Notes under the pieces: generated by a model | Told to the model about the DNA's origin: nothing | The model's input: only the letters and a program-made list of their open reading frames with translations | Databases searched by the model: none | Shown: positions 43,401 through 56,357 of the stretch, piece after piece | Layout of the letters: each line of letters opens with the position of its first letter | Position numbering within the stretch: position 1 is the first letter of the stretch | Position numbers and translations under genes: made by a program | From: Auanema rhodensis | Lineage: Eukaryota; Animalia; Nematoda | Direction: 5' to 3' | NCBI GenBank assembly: GCA_964057225.1 | Contig: OZ059899.1 | Location: forward strand, 12,648,001-12,712,000 | DNA: 64,000 nucleotides

Positions 43401-46400
43401 AGCGGGTCAGATGTGCTTTTGAAATCATTACAATTTTGCGTGTAGTTGAAGTATTTACGATGATGTGTCTCCTTTACTTCTTAAAACTGACATAGAATGC
43501 TCCAAATATGGAAAGATGATTGTCTGATGTTGATCTTTCATCCTACTTCGGGCTTCATTGTACCTACACATATCTCTTCGTTTCCACTTTTTCCCTTCAT
43601 AATAGCTATTTTCTTTGAAAAATACATGCTCAGCAAATATTTTATATTTGAATCAGTGAACATGCAGATATTGGACAGTTTTTTACTCAGCGGGATCAAA
43701 CAAATATTAATGGTTTTCCTACATTTTCAATAATATTCTTATCATTTCAGTTGAATCTTGCTAACAACCGCATTCGCATTCTAAAGGATGAGACCTTCAC
43801 TGGACTTCAGAAATTGGTTTCTCTTCGTTTGGATAACAACGTTCTCGATACCATCGAACAATCTGTTTTTGTTGATTTGACTATTGATGAGCTCAACCTG
43901 TCCGGAAATCGCTTCACAGAAGCTCCACATGCTCTTGGACGACTATACCGTCTGAAGAAGTTGGATCTCAGCTCTAACAAGATCAGCAAACTCTACCAGT
44001 TTGTATTCAACAAGATTCCTCATCTGCAGTTTGTTAACATTAGCCGTAACGAGCTCCAGTCTGTCGGACCATACATCTTCTCTGACAGTGAACATTTGAG
44101 CAATTTGGATTTATCTCATAATCAGATTTCTCTGATTTTCCGTGATTCTTTATCCAAGTGCGCCCAGCTACGTAGATTGGATCTGAGCAATAACAGACTC
44201 AGCAGTTTGGATGATGCTTTGAGTGTCGTGCCCTCCGTACGAAGACTGGATATCTCCCATAACCGCTTGAACGGCTTGACATGGTCTGCCTTACCTGCCA
44301 AGCTGGAGCATTTGTCTGCTTCTTTCAACGCTATTCAACAGCTTAGTAACTCTGACGTTGGAACCAATACGAAGCTTCGTGTTGTAAATCTTGCTGGAAA
44401 TCAAATCACCGAAATCTATGGTGCTATTCTTCCACGTAGCTTAGAAGACCTGGATCTCAGCCAAAATCGCATACAGGACATCGCAACCGGCAGTTTCAGT
44501 CGCATTGCCCAACTTCGTCGAGTTAACTTATCCGCCAACCGTTTGAAGATTGTTAGCCGGGAAGCAGTTCATGTTTTGGATGGAGTTCAAGCTGTTGAGA
44601 TTGATCTCCAGAACAATCCTCTTAGCTGTAATTGTGAAATGGACTGGCTTCTGCCTCCAACGCCAGGAAAGCACATGGCTTCTGAGAAACGTCGGCTGAT
44701 CATCCGTCATCTAGAAGAAACCTCATGCAAGCATTTGTATGAAAAACGCCTTATTCGTCTGAACAAGCTCACAGAACAAGATCTTCTCTGTGATTACGAA
44801 CAAGTGTGCGAGCCAGAATGTGTGTGCTGTGAATACGGCAACTGCGACTGCAAAGCTGTATGTCCTGTGGGATGCAGCTGTTACCATGATGCTACCTTCA
44901 AGAAGAATATTATCCGTTGCGAAGGTAAACAGGACAAACTTTTCCATCCTTCTGAAGTTCCAATGTCTTCTACACATGTCTTCCTGACTGGAATGAATTT
45001 GACTGCCATCGACTCACATACATTCCTCGGACGCAAACGCTTAGAAGAAGTTCACATCAATGGCTCTCATGTTCAACAGATCAAGCCAAAAGCTTTCAAT
45101 ACGCTGCCATCCTTGAAGCTTGTGGATCTATCTGATAATCATCTTAACCAATTGACTGGGGATGAATTCCATAAGACTGCTGCTCTGTCTCATCTATTTT
45201 TGAATGGAAATCGTTTGACGACAATCGAAAAGTCACTCCTCGACAAGTTACCTGGATTACAGTCTCTCACTCTGCACAAGAATCTGATGACTGAGCTCTC
45301 TCCTGCTTTAATGTCATCTACACTTGTCTCCATCAGTTTGGGCATCAATCCCTTCCGTTGTGACTGTTCTGAGCGTTTTACTGCTCCTCACTGGATTCAT
45401 GCTAATCCAAGTCGTGTGGTGGATTTGGATCGTGTGCTCTGCGTAGAAAACGTAACAAAGGCTTTCCGTGAGAATGATACGACCATCCTCTCCGCTTATC
45501 CACCAAACGATGGTCATGATATCTTCACAATGCCTATGATTGGTAAGAATCAATTCTCAATCTCAGAATCATCTAATTTATTTATTTTTCAGAATTCTTC
45601 CGTGATTTCAACCGAACTATCTGTGTGCCAATCTCGTATGGCCTCTTCGGACAAGAACCCCAGAATTCCATTCTCATCATCGTGTTCTTAGCTGCTTGTC
45701 TTTTCCTTCTTTGCGCTATTGTTTTGATGTGCATCTGGAAGATCCGAAAAACTCATTCTGCTATCAACCAACGACGCTACAAGGCTTCATCTTCTTTGAA
45801 CTGTTCATCATCAGCTGGAAGTTCACCACTTCCGCTTCCTCTCATCAATTTCGATGCTTTCGTTTCGTATTCAAAGGGAGACGAGAAGCTGGTATTGGAT
45901 CGCGTCTGTCGGTAAGTTTTTAAACTTATTTCAAATATATTCTTCTGATTATTCCTTATACTCATTTTTCAATCTTTTCAGACGACTTGAGGACGTTGAC
46001 TTGCAGTTGTGCTTGTTACATCGTGATTTCCCAACCTACAACCATCGTGTCCACTCTATTAGCGATGAACTGATAAATCAAATGGAAGCATCTCAAGCTC
46101 TTATCCTAGTTCTGACCCGTAACTTCCTTGAGAATGAATGGAAAACACTGCAGATAAAGACATCTCATCAGCTTTTTGCTAAGAATCGCAACAAGAAGCT
46201 CATAGCCATCTTTGTTGATGACGACATTGATCAGAATCGTCTGGACGAAGAGCTCGGACAGATGCTTCGCAAGAATACCTGTCTCCGACTTTCTGATCCA
46301 CTATTCTGGACATTGCTTCGTTCAGCATTACCAAATCGTATCTCTCCACCACCATCTGATTCATCTCAGATTTATTCAGATGTGTACGGTATCGTACAAT

Positions 46401-46414
46401 CACCACTTGTTTGA
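36356..46414 (+). CDS. tol-1: Toll-like receptor (signal peptide, LRR blocks with internal Cys cluster, TM helix, TIR domain)
   Basis: Exons 36356-36429, 36483-36687, 39738-39950, 41498-41894, 41942-42108, 43751-45542, 45593-45911, 45982-46414 splice in frame. Signal peptide MWTINLVLLLLLSL, many LxxLxLxxN repeats, NPLSCNC and NPFRCDC caps, TM ILIIVFLAACLFLLCAIVLMCIW, TIR FDAFVSYS...LCLLHRD...FLENEWKTLQIKTSHQLFAKNR typical of nematode TOL-1. Confidence 0.95.
37954..37985. repeat. (CT)n microsatellite in tol-1 intron 2
   Basis: Direct reading. Confidence 0.9.
41162..41190. repeat. 29-bp palindrome (14-bp arms, 1-nt centre) in tol-1 intron 3
   Basis: ACCTTATATTCATC-G-GATGAATATAAGGT; the arms are exact reverse complements. 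Confidence 0.95.
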
Positions 46415-48008
46415 ATCTGATTTGTTATCAAAAAAAACATATTGTTATCCTGGAGATAGATAGTCGTCAACTAGTCGATTCGTTTAGCCCAAAAAGCCGG
46501 TGAATTAGTCTCATCCGTTAGTCGTTTGTTGTTCAATTTGATTTCTCAGAGAATTATCTATAATTTTTAGAATTTTTTATCAAAAAACAGAGTTTGTATA
46601 GGCCTAATTGCCTTCTGATTGTTTGATTGTTTTCTTTGCTCATGTTGTTTGTTTTCTTTTATGAAACTTCTCAATCAAATTATATGAGAGTTTCGATTTC
46701 CTTTCAAACAAGCACCTTTCCCTTTCTCTCCCGAACCCCTTTCCCTCCTAACTTCTCAGTTCATCTAGGTATATATCACACGGGTTTAACTGTGATTTCG
46801 CGATGATATTATTATGATTCGTTCGACTTGTAGTCTCAAAAACGTTTGTTCAATCAGCTAAAAATCTTTTTTGTTTGTTTTACATTCTCATGTATCATAT
46901 TTTTATTTTTCATCCCATAATTCCCGAAACAAAATAGATAAGAATGACCAAAAATCCTATTTATTCCCCTCTTCTTCTCAACCTTTTTACACAAATCTTT
47001 CGGAGGTATTGAGAACCTCTCTAATCTTCTTGCATACATGTTGCTCAATCACTCAATCTGAATTTTCTTAATAATTTTCGTATTTTTTGACAGGGTTTCA
47101 GCGGATGTCAATGCATGAAACTTAGCCCTACATTTCTTTTTATTTTCATCATATTGCCTGTGTAAAATCAGAAAATCTTCAGATATTTGGCTAGATCTCT
47201 CTTTCTCTCTCTCTCACATACACATCTGTTTACTTCTTTCATATTTGATTTTATTTTCTTCCTATTGAACAACCCAAATCAAAGCACAATCTGAGTACTT
47301 TCATTATGTTTCTAGCCGCCAATGTATTGCCAGTCATTCTGTGTTGCCGTGTGATGTATTTTTACAGATATTTATATTTTTCTTTTGAAAGTAAAATCTT
47401 AATAACATACATATCTTTGTTTTCAATAATTATATACAATATATTAACTATATGATATAGTTAGCATATCAAAATCATAGTAAAATCATGAAAATACAAT
47501 TGATAATGAGCCATCATGAAAATTCAAAATGCAATATTGAAAGCTGCAAAAACAATTAAGTAATAATAGAAATTATAATTAGTAATGTCAAGGTTTATTA
47601 CATATAGTTAGTGTATGTATGTGTGTGTGTTGTCGGAAAATGAATCGAAAAACAGTTTGAGGTGAGTAGTTGTTCTAAGAAATTTGAGAATATAATTATG
47701 GATTATGAATAAGCTATTCATATAGTTAGAATAATAAGTCAAGACTACAGGTGTAGTCAAACTCTCGCAAAACATATTGTTTCCAATATTCTCATTCAAT
47801 TGTATATTTCATATAAATTGTCCTTAGATTTCCTTGTCGTAAGGAGGGACGAAAAAGAGCAATTGGAGTACATTGGACCCTTTAACTTGTAGTTTCATTA
47901 GCAGATTATCAAATATTATTATTGATAACTCCTTTTTTCTATTAAATACTTTAATATTCAAAGAATATTTATATTTAATATTTAAAATTAATCAAAAACA
48001 TGTAAACT

Positions 48009-48042
48009 TGACGTAAACTTGAGTTACGTGAATTTCACGTAA
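48009..48042. promoter_or_regulatory. Recurrent palindromic ACGT motif, copy 3
   Basis: TGACGTAA followed by the palindrome TTACGTGAA-T-TTCACGTAA (48024-48042). Confidence 0.45.
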
Positions 48043-48572
48043 AGATATTTTCTCATTTCGAATGCGTTGAAAGCAATGAGCGGTTGTATATGTAGTTATG
48101 TATATCAGGTAATATCATCATTCTACTTTATTTGTTTAAAAGGTTTTTGATGAATTCAAGATTTCCTCTTCATTTATTTTTTTGTTTTTGTTATAAATTA
48201 AATTGAAATCATATAGTTAAGTCGTAGTTAGATATATGAGGATAAGAGGACTCTCTTTTTGTTTCTTTTTTTTTTGAATATGGAAAATGATCAGAAATCA
48301 CAATCAAACGAAAGAAAAGATGAAAGGTGATTGTTGAATGGGTGAGAGGTACAACAGGATGATCGAATGAGCCAAGAGAGACATGGTGAGAGGAGAAGAG
48401 TATGATGCTAAGATATGTTGGAGATATCATGTTAATGAAGGGATATGAATCCAATGTCAACTATAAATAGAAGAAAAAAATAGGTAGAGGTCATATAATA
48501 ATGAATCAATAACTATATAATGCATGTAATGTTCTAATATTTTTTATTTTTTAGCTCTCACCCAGTGGTAGC

Positions 48573-48576
<4 letters not shown>

Positions 48577-48617
<41 letters not shown>
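48577..48617. repeat. (CT)n microsatellite
   Basis: Direct reading. Confidence 0.9.
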
Positions 48618-48622
<5 letters not shown>

Positions 48623-49448
48623 AACTTCCATTTTCATCACAAGTTTTTGTTTTTTTTCTTATTCGATACCTTATAGGATAGTCTGTCGGTATGATGATTC
48701 TCTCTACTATCTCGTCAATCCGCCTTTCTTCACTTTACCCATTCGACCTCTTATTATTCTTCATTGTATTCAGAAGAAACAAGGTCGCTCAGCTATTGAT
48801 GTCTTATATGTCTAACCGCGCATTGGAACGCTGCTGATGTTGATGAAGACGATGACGACGATGATGATCGTTATGTTGTTAGCTTACCTAAATGGCTGAA
48901 CCATTATAGGAAAACGCTAATGACAACGACATCATTCGTTCATTGTGATGATGATGACAGTCTCGTCCACACACACACATACATACACATGCAGAATGAT
49001 GGACGTTGTCCGGTCAGACATTACGGAACTGCTTGGAACACCCAGACGTATGTCCATCTTCTCCAGATTTTTTTTCTGTTTGAATGAGTGAGTGAATGTC
49101 CTTGTACTACCTACTTTCACAATCCTTTCGACCTCTTCCTTTTCTGCCAATCTCTTATATTCTCTATTCTCTTTCTCCTCTTGTCCACCTTCTCATCCTT
49201 GCTTTTAAACCATTTCTTCCTCCATTTTCTTTTTTTTCTTTCTGTCTATATGTCTTAGACTATTGCTATGTCTTCGTCTTCCTTCTCTTCTATTCTAAAC
49301 TCATTTGAACGCTCTGCTTTCACGTTCTTCAATTTTTGATTTTCTTTTCGAGTATTCTTTCTATTTTTCTTCCAATAATTTTGCTCACAGTTAACTAAAA
49401 TATTTATATATTTCAGTTAACTATAAGGAATAATTAAGCATATAATCC

Positions 49449-51016
49449 ATGATATTTATATTTATAGCCTGCTTAACCACATTAGGTAAGAGTTTTGTTA
49501 ACTATGCATTTGTATAATTATTATATTTACAGTTTATGCTGGTACTGGAAGCATCAATGTAGCTCCTAATAGACGAGTAGAAGATACCATACCTGTGATT
49601 GAACTCAGGTATTTGATAGCTTTAGTCCTTCCATTTGCAATTCCTAACTTGTCTTTCATTGCAGAGGTGAAGGTAAGCCTATGTCATCAGCTCAAATTCG
49701 TCATTTGGAAGAAATGAGCAATGGTGGAAAGCCATTAGATATCAAGGTATATACTATTCATATAGTTAATATAATTAGTACAATCAATATATATATTAGG
49801 TTGAAAAAACATTTATTCCTGCTAAATGTCCAGTTTTGTCACAGCGCAAGCATTTCGTCACATTCCATTATAAGGTTTTTCACATAGTTTTCTTACACCA
49901 ACTTTACCAACTTGTTTACCAATTATAGGTTTTTCTTGAGAATGGTAAGAAGATATATCAAAGCTATGGAGGAGATGCTGTCCGAATTCAAATAGGAGTA
50001 GGTATGGCCATTCCTGGACTTGATAAGGTTGGAACTTGCATGAAATTCATCAGCTTCATTTCTTAACTTTCAGGGATTAATGCAACTATGTTCTCAAGAA
50101 TTACGTAAGATCTCCATACCATATAGATTAGCTCAACGAAAGAAATCCAAAGGTAAAATCTTATCAATAGCTATAGGGGGCCTGAGAATGAAAGCTTGTG
50201 ATGTTTCAGTTTGGAAGAACATACCAACAGATGAACATTGGATTATCATCAGTGTTGATGTATCAGATGTTGAAGAATATACTCATGATTTACAATATAA
50301 TTTCATGAATGTTAATAATCAAACAATGCTTACGGAAAAAGATGTAAAGTTTATAATAATAAGCTTAACTATATTAACTATAATAATCTTTTTATAGTTA
50401 ATTGATTGGAATGAATTAATGAAAAAATATGGAAAAGTATGGAAAAATCCTGATATTGATACGGTTCTTGCTGCTAAATACTATATCAAGTATGATGATA
50501 TATCAATTCAAATTGTTGTTAATGCTTCTCGTATTCAGATACTTCGATGTGAATGGTGATGGACAAGTATCACGTGAGGAATGGATTAGCATTATGACCA
50601 GAGATGAAGAACTCATGGAAAAGAATCAGAAGGCTATGAAGAAAAAGATTGCTGGACGTCAACGTGATCCTGGCTTTGCCTGGATTCTGGATTTCAATAA
50701 CGACGGTATCGTTAGTCTGAAGGTTTGTATTGAGCATATCCAACATTGTCAACTTTGCCAACAATAGCATGAACAGTCCAGGCGTGTATAGTCAGTGTGC
50801 AGACCCAAAATAGATTTTTGAGAGAAAAAAAACATTTTTTTCTAAATGGTTTCAATGATCGTATATGCTATTGTTCGCAATATCTGATCAGTTGATTGTT
50901 GGAATAACGAATTTTGAAGATGAACAAAGTAATTTCAGGAAGAGGATGAAGCTGACAAGATACTTTCCGAAGATCCAGTTTTACTCCCTCAGGGCACATT
51001 AAAGGATGAACTGTAA
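49449..51016 (+). CDS. fkb-7: ER-resident FKBP-type protein with EF-hands and C-terminal KDEL
   Basis: Ten spliced exons give a signal peptide (MIFIFIACLTTLVYA), an FKBP fold (VTFHYKVFLENGKK...IGVGMAIPGLDKGLMQLCSQELRKISIPYRLA), EF-hand loops DVNGDGQVSREE and DFNNDGIVSLKE, and end LKDEL*. Confidence 0.88.
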
Positions 51017-51851
51017 AAGATTCATCTGAACACTCTGTGATATTATAGAAATTTCATTTCAATTTTGCTTTCTTACTTTTACGTTTTTTTTTATTTTAAA
51101 CAACAAATCGTATTAGCAATTGCAATCTTATAACCTGTATCCTCTTTGTATGAATCAGAGCAATTTGGAGACGAAAGAGAGATAGAGAGAGGGAGGGGAA
51201 GTGAGAGATAGAGAGAGGAGAGAGTTAATAACAACACAGTATAGAGGGAAAGAGTAAAAAGCAGTTTTTCCAAAATTTCTTTCTTTTCATCGAACTGTAG
51301 CTTAATGATTTTCCTATTTATACAGCTGATACATGATGATGCTCAATGCAGTTGGTTCTCCAACTCCTCCTATTGCACCTCCTCCTGTTTCACTCACTCT
51401 CCCTCTCTCTCTCCCTCGCTCTCTTTTATATTTCTCTTTTTCCTTCGAATGGTTATTCAGTTGAATCAGTTTGGATTTAGTGATTTATTACACAATATAC
51501 ATTCATTTCCTCCAAATATTCAATTGCTAGCCTCACCTCGTTATTACAGTCAAAACTCTTTGAAGGTGTTTGTCTTACTATATTATTGAATTTTCTTTGT
51601 TATTATATTGTTCTTTCATTATATTTTTTCAAATATGAAACTATCTATAAATCAAATTTTAATAAAAAACGTTTCCCTTTTCCTTGTTTTCTTTCACAAA
51701 ACGTGAGCCGGCCGTCTTTCATGACAACTCTAGGCCGCAGCTTTAATTCTACAACAACACTTTTTTCTTTATTTTCCAAATAATTTTTTTATTTAACTTT
51801 TGAGAGAAGAAAAAAAGAATTTTTTTTTAAAATATCAAATTGTAGATCATC

Positions 51852-52967
51852 ATGAAAGTTATTAGCCAAATATGTTTGTTGGCAATAGGATTTTTGTCAT
51901 TAGTTGCAGCTGATGATACAAGTGCTGAAGTAGACAAATCTGTTGTAAGTCTAAATTGAAAACAAAATTATTAATTATCAATATATATAAATATATATAA
52001 ATATTATAATTAAATATTTTAGAAAATTAATGTAACTCAAAATATAGAAACAACCAAATCAATTGCTGTAAATACTAAGTTAGATGGTAAGATAGAAGAT
52101 TTTTTGAGAAAAAATACTCCGATTTTAGATAAGAATAAGGTGGCTGCGGAGCTCGTCTTACCATCTTCAACCATATATCCTTCAACAGCTGATCCTGATA
52201 GCTCTTTGAAAGAGAAGTTGGCCGACGCAACCAATTCCACAATTGTCGATGACGACAAGTCAGATGAGAAAACTCAAGAAACTGATGTTGATGAAGACGA
52301 GAGTAACGATGAAGAATCTGATGATAACAACGCCGTTGACGATGATGAAGCAAAATCTCTATTATCTAATGATACAGCTATCCTTGATTCATTATCTAAT
52401 AATAGCTCAGATGTTGATTTGATTGACTTTATAACCAATAGTAGCACCACTGAAATGGCTGAGAACCCAACTCCATTAGCATTAAGCGGAGATAACTCAA
52501 CTGCTGATACTCCACCGACAACAGTTTCAATCATTACATACATTCCACGACCACCATCCTTTACAGCTGGCTCATTCTTCAGTAAGCATTATTCTCCAGC
52601 CTATGCAGCTTATACAACCAACCTTATTATGCTCATTCTTTTTGTTTTTCAGTTGGACTTGTTCTTGGACTTGTGATTATCGCTGCTGTCTACTACGCTT
52701 ATGTCGTCTACCAACGTCGGAAAACTCAATCATCTGCCGGCTACAGGTCGTATCCTTAAGGTGGCTTTCATAAGATTTGCTCATGTAGTTAGCATGATCT
52801 CTCTCCCTCTATCTTTCTTTCTCTTCCTATCAGAGGCAAAAAATAATAATTTTTAAAGAAAAAGTTCTTTTCGAAACCATTTAATACAATTTTTCAGAGA
52901 TTCTCTTCAGGCCACTGAGCCAAACAACTCTTCAAATTGGACTTCGCAAGAGCTATTCAACCGATGA
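51852..52967 (+). CDS. Type I membrane sialomucin-like protein (CD164/porimin-like)
   Basis: Signal peptide MKVISQICLLAIGFLSLVAA and an acidic S/T-rich ectodomain with N-x-S/T sites. The juxtamembrane/TM segment SFTAGSFFIGLVLGLVIIAAVYYAYVVY resembles the CD164-family FDAxSFIGGIVL motif. Short tail QRRKTQSSAGYR. Confidence 0.75.
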
Positions 52968-54630
52968 AATTATTGAAATTATTGAATCAATTTGTGTTTA
53001 CTAATTAACAATATCCTATTTTTCTATTTTTCTTTCTCTATTTACCTTTTTTTTTAACATTTGAAAGCTAAAACTACAAAAATCCTAAATTAGAAAAACA
53101 TCCATGAAGTGTTTTAACTATATATTGTATAATAAATGTCTTTAGTATATATATATATTATAAATATATACATATTATAATATATGTATAATATTTAAGT
53201 TTATTTTATAGATTAAGTTGAAAATAAAATATTTTCTTTTAAAACTTATTTTGTGTCTGTTTTATTCATTTATATTTCCCCTCCCCTCCCTTTCTCCTGT
53301 GCACGTCAATGAGGTTCGTCAGAAAAAATCATTTCAAAACTCTTTTATTGCGAATTTTTGTAAACATTTTTCCTTAAAAACCTTCGAAAGATCATGCTTT
53401 AACTATCTCAACTAAATGAGATGAAACTCCTGAGTATGACAGATAGATTTGGACTCATGATTATTGTAAAAATATGTATGTACTCTCTCCATTTACAAGT
53501 CGTACAGATAATGCTTGTAAGAGTTTTTAAATTTAACATTAAACGTCCAAATCTTAGAAAATGCTTATCAGCATTTTTTGAATTTCCAAGTCATTAAGTT
53601 AAGTTGCTATGAGCATGAATAATTCATTCACCGGGTTTATTATGGTTCGAAGATATGAAGTCATTCTATTTAACTTCATCTTACTTATTCGTTAAGTTTT
53701 GTTCTTTTCAAACTTGAATATGGCGATCAGCTCGGCGTGTAGAATCCAACACCTCTGCCAGAAAATAAGGATTTGGACAAGAAATATTCCGTTTGATCAC
53801 TCAAACAAGACAGGTAATGTTGCAGCAGTCTCTGATTCGTCTTACAAATTTTCAGATAACACAAGTTTTGTTGACGAAAATTCGAAGTTGATAGCCGGAG
53901 GCTGTACGCTTCCAAGTTTAATGTAAGTTTATATGATCAGATGATTTCACGCAGTTGTAGATAAAATCACTGTTAAACAATTTCTGAAAATATTGAACAT
54001 CTTATGTGTTATTAACAGTCAAGTAGAGCAGCATCAGTATGTCTTCTTGATAACCGCGGCAGCATCTCTGTTATCTCTGCTGAAGCAGTGCACGGAACCG
54101 ACAACGTCATCAACTTTATCTCAAAGAAGTTAACACATAATCTCATATATCTTAATTACTTAAATAAAAAACTTAATCTATAATTCAATATAGAGAATGA
54201 CGATATGAATGAATATATGAAAGCTTGTAAGGCTTGTAAAGCATGATTGTGCCTATCCTCTCCCAAGATAAGGACCAATGTGATTTGTTTGATTATATAG
54301 AAAGATAGTAAACATCTCTTATATTAAAGATAATTGCCTTTTATTTTCTAATATTTTCAGATTTCAAACTCATATCTTACTACCTTTCCCGCCCAAGAAC
54401 AAGGATCACAACAAGAATGGTGTTATTTTCTCATAATATTTTCACATTAAAACGTGACAGTTTCCGGTTTGATTATAAATTTTAAAAAAAATCCAATTTA
54501 TCTGTTCATTTCATTTGGCTTTGGCACATGTCAATTCAAATTTCATTGGTCAGTTTACATAATTTATAGAATTTACTGAATAAAATCATCATAACTACTA
54601 ATTTATAATAATAATTAATCTAAGGAAATC

Positions 54631-55935
54631 ATGGTGATGGTAATGAGTTTTTCGTTCTTTTCTCAAATATTTAATGTTTTACTATTTAGATACTTCGTAC
54701 AGAAAGCTATGAAGCAGAGGAGAATTATGAATCAAATGACGATGATAATAGCCCTGACTCTTTGGTTTCACGAGGGAATCATTCGGATTCTGGATCGGAA
54801 TATGAAACCGATGATGATGAGGGCTTCGATTCACCCCGCATTCAATTGCTTATCTTTCAGGGAATGTAAGTGTATGAACAATCCTTCTCTTCTTATTGAT
54901 TCTGTACAGAATTTTAACGGAAACTCTGAATACGATGTGCAAGATCAGAGGATATTACGGAGCAGGGGATACAATCACAGTTATAGAATTTTTGAAGGTG
55001 TTTGACGTCGTACGCTTTCTGAAGTTTTATCCCCATTCGTTCATCTGAATTTCAGCAATCTGGTTTCTATGCTGATTTGAGTGATAATAGGAAACATATT
55101 CTACTTCTGAACAGCTATCTCTGTTATGTACGAAATCTAGATGGTGTCTATCTGTTACAGAGGCTCTTACCTTTGGTTGATATTACGAAAGACAAGCAGC
55201 TGTGCACTCGGGCGATTCTCGCACGAGGACAAAGAACTGAGTTATTTCTTGACTTAGAAGAATGCTTCGAAGGGTTTCATAGCCTTATCAGAGTAAGTTA
55301 TTGCAATATTATCACGTTATACTACTTATAAACATATAGACAACAAGTTTTAACAAGAACGGACCGTATCACAAGCTAATCAACGGAGATGTGCTTCATC
55401 TCTACTCAATCTTGAAAGAAAAGAAAGAACATCAGTAAGCTTTTCTGTTCATTTTTATTTTTTTTGTTTTGAAGAGTAAATTCAATTAATTATATTTAAG
55501 CTGTGGTTCAACACATAGTCACGAGTTAACAAGGTCTGGCGTCCTTGATGGCATTATCCGCCTAGCTACCTCTTTACTATTTTGCAAAAAATGCTCAACA
55601 AAGCTGCTCACAATAACTTCTAATAAAGCAATGAAATACTTGAACGATGCATGTTTATACTATATCTATCAATTATGTATCAGGTTTTGTTTGTTTTTTT
55701 GAATTTCAAATCAATATTTTTGAATAATACGATCATGTTTATAGGTCGGATGAAGATTTGGAGCTTAATTTTGACTACAATAAAAAGTTTTTGAATGTTT
55801 TAAACATTTCCGAAACAAGACATTATCCTAAAATAGTAAGTTATATTGTATAATTAATTGATTATATTAATCATAGTGTTTCAGGGAAATATAAGTAATC
55901 AAAGAAACAAAAATACAAACTTATTCACTTTCTAA
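54631..55935 (+). CDS. Orphan protein (~300 aa) with an acidic N-terminus
   Basis: Nine exons with canonical GT-AG junctions splice without stops: MVMILRTESYEAEENYESNDDD...RIQLLIFQGIILTETLNTMCKIRGYYGAGD...LFCKKCSTKLL...NTNLFTF*. No domain recognised. Confidence 0.7.
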
Positions 55936-56321
55936 AAGAATATATTACCTCGAATTTGAACTTTTAAAGTTGTTAAATAGTTTTTTTTGTCGTTAAGTTT
56001 TGAATGAAATTTAGTTTTTAAAGTTTTTTGTACAGAAAAAAAATAAAAATTTAACAAACAAATCTTTTTTATATCTTCTTCATTAAATTTAAAAATATTT
56101 ATATATTGATTAAGTTATTAAGAAAATCTTTCAATTTTCAAAATTAATGATAAAAATCTGTAAATAAAGCAGTTTTATGGACTATTCAAGCTAGTTCTTT
56201 AGAAATAACCTTTTGATTTGTATTATTAAAGATGAATGTAAATTTAATAGCTTTTTGAAGTAAGAACATTCACTTATTATCTTTTGCAGAAGTAATAAAA
56301 GGAAAAATTCAAAAAATGACT

Positions 56322-56357
<36 letters not shown>

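Noticed and set aside
51016-51852. Operon linking fkb-7 and the CD164-like gene
   Set aside because: The gap is 835 bp and contains a promoter-like GC island. The AATAAA at 51661 is suggestive, but SL2 data would be needed.
53699-53965. Tiny spliced + strand gene (MAISSACRIQH...)
   Set aside because: Splice-like sites exist but the product is under 60 aa, has no motif and needs an implausibly short intron.
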